DNA of 64,000 nt, taken from contig WJMA01000003.1 of assembly GCA_014728175.1 (NCBI GenBank), positions 66,191-130,190 of the forward strand. Reading direction: 5' to 3'. This document shows positions 58,838-64,000 of the stretch, one piece after another. How positions within the stretch are numbered: position 1 is the stretch's first letter; every line of letters starts with the position of its first letter. The translations under genes were made by a program, and so were the position numbers. This stretch comes from Candidatus Fermentibacterota bacterium. Its GTDB lineage: Bacteria; Fermentibacterota; Fermentibacteria; Fermentibacterales; JCC-6. A model generated the notes under the pieces. That model ran no database searches, was not told the DNA's origin, and saw nothing but the letters and a program-made list of their open reading frames with translations.

Positions 58838-60141
58838 CTTCTTCCCCGAATCCGGCCTTTCTTGAGGAACCCGTCGTAGTGTCTCATAAGCAGGTGGGTC
58901 TCGATCTGGCGAAGCGTCTCCAGGCCCACGCCGACCACGATCAGCAGACCCGTGCCCCCGAATCGGAAGGCCACTCCAGCCTCCTGCATCAGGATCATGG
59001 GTAACACCGCTATCGCGGCCAGGAATATCGCTCCGGGCAGGGTTACCCTGACCAGCACCCTCTCGATGTACTTAGCGGTGCTCTTGCCCGGCTTCCTGCC
59101 GGGAATGAAACCTCCGTACTTCTTCATGTTGTCCGCCAGGTCCTGGGGATTGAAAGTAACAGCGGTATAGACGTAGGCGAACAGGATGATCAGGCCTGCG
59201 TAGATCACCACGTACAGAGGGCTCCCGGGGGCCATGAAGCTGTTGACCCACTCGTCCACCCCGGAGTTGGGGAAGAACATCGCTATGCTGCTGGGAAACA
59301 TCATGAACGCCTGCGCGAATATCACCGGGATAACTCCGGCCGTGTTCAGACGCAGCGGAATATGGGTACTCTGCCCCCCGTAGATCTTCCTTCCCCTGAC
59401 CTGCTTCGCATAGGTGACCGGTATTCGCCTCTGGGCCTCGGTCATCATAACCACGAAGGCCACCACCGCGAACATGAACACCACCAGAAACACCGCGCTG
59501 ACGAAAGAGGTCTGTTGGAGTACGAACACGTCTCTGTACAAGGTCTGTATCGAGCCGGGAAGCCTGCCCACTATGCCGGCAAAGATTATCAGGCTAATGC
59601 CGTTGCCGACTCCCCTCTCCGTGATCCTCTCCCCCAGCCACATTATGAAGATGGTTCCGGTTATCAGGGTCAGCACGGTTTGAGCTGTAAAGGCCAGGCC
59701 CGGATTGGGCACCACGCCCGGAACCTGCCTGTTGAGTCCCACCAGGTACTGGGTTATGCCCAGACCCTGTATGAAGGACAGAAGAACCGTCCCGTATCGG
59801 GTTATCTCGGTCATCTTCTGCCGTCCGGCCTCGCCCTCCTTCTTAAGCTTCTCGAAGTAGGGGACTACGGAAGTCAGCAGCTGGATGATGATCGAGGCCG
59901 AGATGTAGGGCATTATGCCCAGGGCGAAAATGCTGGCCCTGCGTAGGGCCCCGCCCACGAACAGGTCGTACATGCCCATCAACCCGCCCGCGGCCCCGCT
60001 GAAAGCTCTCTCCAGGGCCGTTCCGTCGATGCCCGGTACGGGAATGTGCCCGCCAACGCGGTACACGGCTATCAGAAGAAAGGTGTAGAACAGCTTCTTC
60101 CGGAGCTCGGGAATCTTGAATACGTTGTCGAAGCCTCGCAT
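58834..60141 (-). CDS. secY: preprotein translocase subunit SecY
   Basis: 435 aa, 10 TM, family recognition. Confidence 0.9.
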   Translation of the reverse strand: MRGFDNVFKIPELRKKLFYTFLLIAVYRVGGHIPVPGIDGTALERAFSGAAGGLMGMYDLFVGGALRRASIFALGIMPYISASIIIQLLTSVVPYFEKLKKEGEAGRQKMTEITRYGTVLLSFIQGLGITQYLVGLNRQVPGVVPNPGLAFTAQTVLTLITGTIFIMWLGERITERGVGNGISLIIFAGIVGRLPGSIQTLYRDVFVLQQTSFVSAVFLVVFMFAVVAFVVMMTEAQRRIPVTYAKQVRGRKIYGGQSTHIPLRLNTAGVIPVIFAQAFMMFPSSIAMFFPNSGVDEWVNSFMAPGSPLYVVIYAGLIILFAYVYTAVTFNPQDLADNMKKYGGFIPGRKPGKSTAKYIERVLVRVTLPGAIFLAAIAVLPMILMQEAGVAFRFGGTGLLIVVGVGLETLRQIETHLLMRHYDGFLKKGRIRGRR

Positions 60142-60584
60142 CAGTCCAGAACCACTGCCTCTCCACCGGTGGAGCGTATCATCTCGGCCGCCTTCTCACT
60201 GAACGCGTGAGCCTTGACCTTCAGCTTCCTTTCCAGCTCGCCGTCTCCTAGAATCTTGACCGGCTTGCGGCGGGAAGAGATCAGACCGGCCTCTTTAAGA
60301 ACGTCCGGGGTCACCTCGGTGCCGTCCTCGAACCTCTGCAGGAACGATACGTTGACAATCTGGTACTCCTTGGAGAAACGCCTGTTGTTGAAACCCTTAT
60401 GGGTAAGGCGCCTCTGGATGGGCATCTGGCCGCCCTCGAACCAGTTCTTCACCTTGCTTCTGTGCTTCTGCCCCTTCTCCCCCCTGCCGGAGGTGCCGCC
60501 CCTGCGGGCGCTTCTTCCGCTTCCCCGCCGGACGTTCTTCCTTCTGGCGCCCTTGGCGGGGCGGAGATGCTGCAGGCGTCTCAT
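60141..60584 (-). CDS. rplO: 50S ribosomal protein L15
   Basis: family recognition. Confidence 0.85.
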   Translation of the reverse strand: MRRLQHLRPAKGARRKNVRRGSGRSARRGGTSGRGEKGQKHRSKVKNWFEGGQMPIQRRLTHKGFNNRRFSKEYQIVNVSFLQRFEDGTEVTPDVLKEAGLISSRRKPVKILGDGELERKLKVKAHAFSEKAAEMIRSTGGEAVVLD

Positions 60585-60772
60585 TTCTTAACCTCCTCGA
60601 CCTCGACCAGATGGATGACCCTGTCGATCATCCCCCTTATCTCGGGGCGGTCCTCGTGAACCACGCTCTTTCGAATGCCGTGCAGGCCGAGGGCCTCGAG
60701 CGTCCGCTTCTGCTTACGGTGCCTTCCCACGGCGCTTCTGGTCTGGGTGATCCTTAACTTACTCTCAGCCAT
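60581..60772 (-). CDS. rpmD: 50S ribosomal protein L30
   Basis: family recognition. Confidence 0.8.
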   Translation of the reverse strand: MAESKLRITQTRSAVGRHRKQKRTLEALGLHGIRKSVVHEDRPEIRGMIDRVIHLVEVEEVKK

Positions 60773-61310
60773 GCTTCTGCCTCTCGGCCACCACCGACTC
60801 CCTATGCTTGGATACTCTATCTATGAGCACCAGGTCGTTGAGGCCGGCCATGGCAGCCTTCACTACGTTATGGGAGTTGTTGCTGCCCTGGGACTTGGTA
60901 AGTACGTCCTTTATCCCGGCGCATTCCATGATCGCCCTTACCGGAGCGCCGGCTATGATGCCCGTTCCCGGGCTGGCCGGCCTGAGGAGAACCTTCCCCG
61001 CTCCGAACCTGCCCACGATCTTGTGGGGAATCGTGCGGCCGTCGGCCAGAGGGATCCTGATCATGCTTCCCTTGGCCTTCTCCGTGGCTTTTTTTATCGA
61101 CTCCGGCAGCTCGGCGGCCTTCCCCAGACCGACGCCGACCCTGCCCTGGCCGTCGCCCACGGCCGCGATCGCGTTGAATCCAAATGTGCGACCGCCCTTG
61201 GTTACCTTGGCTACCCTGTTGATGGTTATCAGTCGGTCCATCAAGCCTTCTTCTTCGAGCGCCGACTGCCTTCTGCGCTTTCTCGAACGTCTACCCTTCT
61301 GTATAGCCAA
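60765..61310 (-). CDS. rpsE: 30S ribosomal protein S5
   Basis: family recognition. Confidence 0.9.
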   Translation of the reverse strand: MAIQKGRRSRKRRRQSALEEEGLMDRLITINRVAKVTKGGRTFGFNAIAAVGDGQGRVGVGLGKAAELPESIKKATEKAKGSMIRIPLADGRTIPHKIVGRFGAGKVLLRPASPGTGIIAGAPVRAIMECAGIKDVLTKSQGSNNSHNVVKAAMAGLNDLVLIDRVSKHRESVVAERQKHG

Positions 61311-61325
61311 ATCCAGCCTGCCCTC

Positions 61326-61688
61326 CTAGAACTTCAAACCGCCCTCGCGGGCCTTTTCCGCCACTTCCTTCACTCTGCCTTGGTAGGGGTAACCGCCTCT
61401 GTCGAAAACGACGGTCTCAATTCCCTTTTTCCTCGCCTTCTCCGCCAGCAGCAGCCCCACCCGGCCCGCCTGCTCGGTCTTGGTACGGTTCTCAACACCC
61501 TTGAGCTCCTTGCTGTTCGTGGTTACGGTCAGGATGGTGGTTCCCGTAGTGTCGTCGATCAGGGAGGCCGTGATGTTCCTGTTGCTCCGATAGACGAACA
61601 TACGAGGCTTATCGGGCGTACCGATTATCTTCTTCCTTATCCTTCTGTGGCGCCGCTTTATGCGGTTCCTTCGGTCCATTACGGACAT
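61326..61688 (-). CDS. rplR: 50S ribosomal protein L18
   Basis: family recognition. Confidence 0.85.
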   Translation of the reverse strand: MSVMDRRNRIKRRHRRIRKKIIGTPDKPRMFVYRSNRNITASLIDDTTGTTILTVTTNSKELKGVENRTKTEQAGRVGLLLAEKARKKGIETVVFDRGGYPYQGRVKEVAEKAREGGLKF

Positions 61689-61706
61689 GATCCGCTCTCG
61701 CCCTTC

Positions 61707-62258
61707 CTAAGTCGTAACTATCTTGGCGGTCTTGGTCTTAACCCTCTGATCGGAGTACCGGAAACCGATCATGTTGTAGGGCTCCACCGGACGCAGCTTG
61801 TACAGAACGTCCGCGAAGGTCCCCACCAGGTACTTGTCGTTGCTCCGCAGCTCAAGGGTGAAGGTGTTCTGACCCGGCTTGACCTCTACCTCGACTCCCT
61901 CGGGAATCTCGACCAAGACCTTGTGCGAGAACCCGATCTGCATCTCTATCACCTTTCCCACGACCTCCGCCTGGTAACCCTTTCCGTTGACTATCAAGGA
62001 CTTGGAATGGCCGGTGCTCACGCCGTTCACCATGTTCCTCAGATGCCTCGTATAGGTTCCGTGGTACATCTTCTGACCCCTGGTGTCGTTCCGTCGGGAG
62101 ACCTGGAGCGCCCCGTCGTCCATCTCCGCCGTTATCCCATCGGGCAGGGTAATGCCCATCTCGCCTTTGGGGCCCTTCACAGTTACCTTCGAGCCCTTAA
62201 TGGAGACCTCTACGCCTTCCGGCACCACGATGGGGTGATTTCCCAGCCGCGACATCAA
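61707..62258 (-). CDS. rplF: 50S ribosomal protein L6
   Basis: family recognition. Confidence 0.9.
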   Translation of the reverse strand: MMSRLGNHPIVVPEGVEVSIKGSKVTVKGPKGEMGITLPDGITAEMDDGALQVSRRNDTRGQKMYHGTYTRHLRNMVNGVSTGHSKSLIVNGKGYQAEVVGKVIEMQIGFSHKVLVEIPEGVEVEVKPGQNTFTLELRSNDKYLVGTFADVLYKLRPVEPYNMIGFRYSDQRVKTKTAKIVTT

Positions 62259-62266
62259 AGCACCTC

Positions 62267-62662
62267 CTACCAGATATGCAGCATGACCTCGCCGCCGACG
62301 CTCTGGCTCCGAGCGTCGGAGTCGGCCATGATCCCCTTGGGGGTGGTCAGAACGGCCATGCCCCGGCCGCCCATGACCCGGGGAATGTCCTTCGCACCGG
62401 CGTATATCCTGCAGCCGGGCTTGGAGACTCTCTTCAACCCTACGATCAGGGGTTGGCCGGTACGGTAGGCGAGGTAGATCCGGAGAACGCCCTGCCGGTT
62501 GTCGTCGATCTTCCTGAACCCACGGATGTAGCCCTTATCGTACAGAACACGTGCTATTCCTATCTTCAGCTTGGACGAAGGGATGTCCACCAGCTTTTTC
62601 CCCGCCCGGTAGGCGTTCCTGATCCGGGTCAGCATATCCGCAATGGGATCGGTCATCGACAT
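62267..62662 (-). CDS. rpsH: 30S ribosomal protein S8
   Basis: family recognition. Confidence 0.9.
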   Translation of the reverse strand: MSMTDPIADMLTRIRNAYRAGKKLVDIPSSKLKIGIARVLYDKGYIRGFRKIDDNRQGVLRIYLAYRTGQPLIVGLKRVSKPGCRIYAGAKDIPRVMGGRGMAVLTTPKGIMADSDARSQSVGGEVMLHIW

Positions 62663-62676
62663 ACGCAGCTCGCCCC

Positions 62677-62862
62677 CTACCAGCTAGCCTTGCGAACCCC
62701 GGGGATCAGACCCCGGTTCGCCAGCTCTCGAAAGCAGATGCGGCAGATGCCGAACTTGCGTAGGTAGCCTCTGGCCCGTCCGCACAGTGAGCATCTGTTG
62801 TACTTCCTCACCTTGAATTTGGGCTTGCGCTTCTGCTTTTCGATAAGGCACTTTCTAGCCAA
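62677..62862 (-). CDS. rpsZ: 30S ribosomal protein S14 type Z (zinc-binding, 61 aa)
   Basis: CSLCGRARG...CRICFRE. Confidence 0.85.
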   Translation of the reverse strand: MARKCLIEKQKRKPKFKVRKYNRCSLCGRARGYLRKFGICRICFRELANRGLIPGVRKASW

Positions 62863-62874
62863 ATCGGTCCCCCT

Positions 62875-63438
62875 CTATCGGCCGCTCCTACGAAAGGGCA
62901 TGCCCAGAAGCGAGAGCAGCTCCAGGCCTTCCTCATCCGTAGAGGCCGTGGTAACAATTGCGATGTCCATTCCTCTGAACTTGTCTATCTTGTCTACGTT
63001 GATCTCCGGAAATATCGCCTGCTCGTTCAATCCGAAGTTGTAGTTGCCCCTGCCGTCGAACCTCCGGGGGGAAACTCCCCGGAAATCCCTTACCTGGGGC
63101 AGAGCGAAGTTAACCAGCCTGTCCAGGAAATCCCACATGCGGTTTCCCCTGAGAGTTACGTAGACTCCCAGAGGCACGCCCTCGCGGACCCTGAAGCCGG
63201 CAACCGACTTTTTGGCCCTGGCCACGACGGGCGCCTGGCCGGCTATCGCCGCCAGCTGCTCCGTGGCGTTCTTCACGTTGTTTGGATTCTCCACCGCCTC
63301 GGCTCCCAAACCCATGTTGATCACTATTTTCACCGGCCTGGGTATCTCGTTGGTATTCTGGTAGGAGAACCTCTCCGCCAGTTGTCCGCAGACCTCTTGC
63401 TGGTAGACCTGCTTCAACCTCGATACGTAACCAGCCAC
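62875..63438 (-). CDS. rplE: 50S ribosomal protein L5
   Basis: family recognition. Confidence 0.9.
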   Translation of the reverse strand: MAGYVSRLKQVYQQEVCGQLAERFSYQNTNEIPRPVKIVINMGLGAEAVENPNNVKNATEQLAAIAGQAPVVARAKKSVAGFRVREGVPLGVYVTLRGNRMWDFLDRLVNFALPQVRDFRGVSPRRFDGRGNYNFGLNEQAIFPEINVDKIDKFRGMDIAIVTTASTDEEGLELLSLLGMPFRRSGR

Positions 63439-63451
63439 TGCGTCTACCTTT

Positions 63452-63772
63452 CTAGCCGGCCGGGATCATCTCGCCGCAGGACTTGCACTTCCTGCGACGC
63501 GTCCCGTCGGGGTCTCTTTCGATGCTCAGGCCCTTCGCCTCTCCGCATCCGGGGCATACGATCCTGAGATTGGAGAGGTGAATGGGGGCCTCCTTCTCCA
63601 CGATTCCTCCCTGCTGTTGGCGGGACGAAGGCCTGGTGTGCCTTTGTATGAAATTCAGTCCCTCGACTATTGCCCGCTCCTGATCCGGGAAGACCTTGAG
63701 GACCTTTCCGGTCTTCCCTCTCTCCTCGCCGGTTATCACCTTTACCTTGTCTCCCCTTCTGATCTCCATCAC
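63452..63772 (-). CDS. rplX: 50S ribosomal protein L24 with unusual C-terminal CxxC...CxxC segment
   Basis: KOW N-terminus ([18 protein letters not shown]) + [11 protein letters not shown]; C-terminus CPGCGEAKG...CKSCGE. Confidence 0.85.
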   Translation of the reverse strand: MMEIRRGDKVKVITGEERGKTGKVLKVFPDQERAIVEGLNFIQRHTRPSSRQQQGGIVEKEAPIHLSNLRIVCPGCGEAKGLSIERDPDGTRRRKCKSCGEMIPAG

Positions 63773-64000
63773 ACCACCTCCGGAGCCAGCGAGATGATCT
63801 TCATGAAATGCTCCCGCAGCTCCCGGCCCACCGGCCCGAATACTCTGGTCGCAATCGGCTGGTAGGCGTCGTCCAGCAGAACCACGGCGTTGTCGTCGAA
63901 GCGAACCGAGGTGCCGTCATCCCGGTTTAGCTCCTTCTTAGTCCTCACCACTACGGCCCTGCGAACCTCACTCTTCTTCACCGTGCCGTTGGGTATGGCC
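63769..64000 (-). CDS. rplN: 50S ribosomal protein L14 (3' part; gene continues beyond window end)
   Basis: C-terminal L14 sequence ...[25 protein letters not shown]; start lies off-window. Confidence 0.85.
   Translation of the reverse strand, partial: AIPNGTVKKSEVRRAVVVRTKKELNRDDGTSVRFDDNAVVLLDDAYQPIATRVFGPVGRELREHFMKIISLAPEVV

Noticed and set aside
60675-62468. 597-aa plus-strand ORF
   Set aside because: Antisense to the rpsE-rplR-rplF ribosomal genes.
1-64000. Search for CRISPR arrays, rRNA genes, IS elements/transposases, integrases and phage genes
   Set aside because: No regularly spaced direct repeats, no rRNA-like stretches, and no transposase, integrase or phage structural-protein signatures were seen in any frame.

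Overview
High-GC (about 63-65%) bacterial chromosomal segment of 64 kb. Nearly every long ORF on the track has an antisense or out-of-frame shadow ORF, so genes were called by recognisable protein families rather than by length alone.

Housekeeping content. The 3' half (about 41-64 kb, minus strand) is conserved housekeeping: the tail of the spc/alpha ribosomal-protein operon (rplN...rplQ, secY, adk, infA, rpmJ, rpoA) followed directly by pfkA; a complete Tol-Pal cluster (tolQ-tolR-tolA-tolB-pal-cpoB); tig-clpP-clpX-engB, with a tRNA-Leu(TAG) upstream; purA; rsmA. The 5' half carries: a LolE-like FtsX permease coupled to a transglutaminase-like protein; a lipoprotein with two retropepsin-like aspartyl-protease domains plus PDZ; thiL-MTAP; rlmN; cobO-glnA; an MFS transporter; a dtxR(FeoA-fused)-feoB-feoB-associated Cys-rich membrane protein iron-uptake operon; a four-subunit 2-oxoacid:ferredoxin oxidoreductase (delta-alpha-beta-gamma); and an rfbD-gmhA-flippase-like-FmdB envelope operon.

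Lineage and envelope clues. Tol-Pal, LolE, many beta-barrel OMPs, FlgD-like Ig C-terminal domains and a Z-type S14 point to a Gram-negative bacterium, possibly an uncultured FCB-group lineage (inference only).

Most interesting region, about 23.8-34.3 kb on the minus strand. A tightly packed, translationally coupled operon that looks like a previously undescribed outer-membrane DNA-capture and nucleotide-scavenging module. It encodes: a secreted protein with an extracellular-nuclease-type OB-fold but no catalytic domain and a FlgD/T9SS-like C-terminal sorting domain; a small PorP/SprF-like beta-barrel; an 812-aa protein with an N-terminal ComEA double helix-hairpin-helix DNA-binding domain fused to a large beta-rich OM domain; a FadL/PorV-like OMP; a periplasmic UshA-family 5'-nucleotidase; an FAD oxidoreductase; and a DUF2085-like membrane protein.

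Other oddities: a TatD-radical-SAM fusion protein, a uL24 with a C-terminal CxxC...CxxC zinc ribbon, and a DtxR-FeoA fusion with a poly-Arg linker.

Not found: rRNA, CRISPR arrays or obvious mobile elements.
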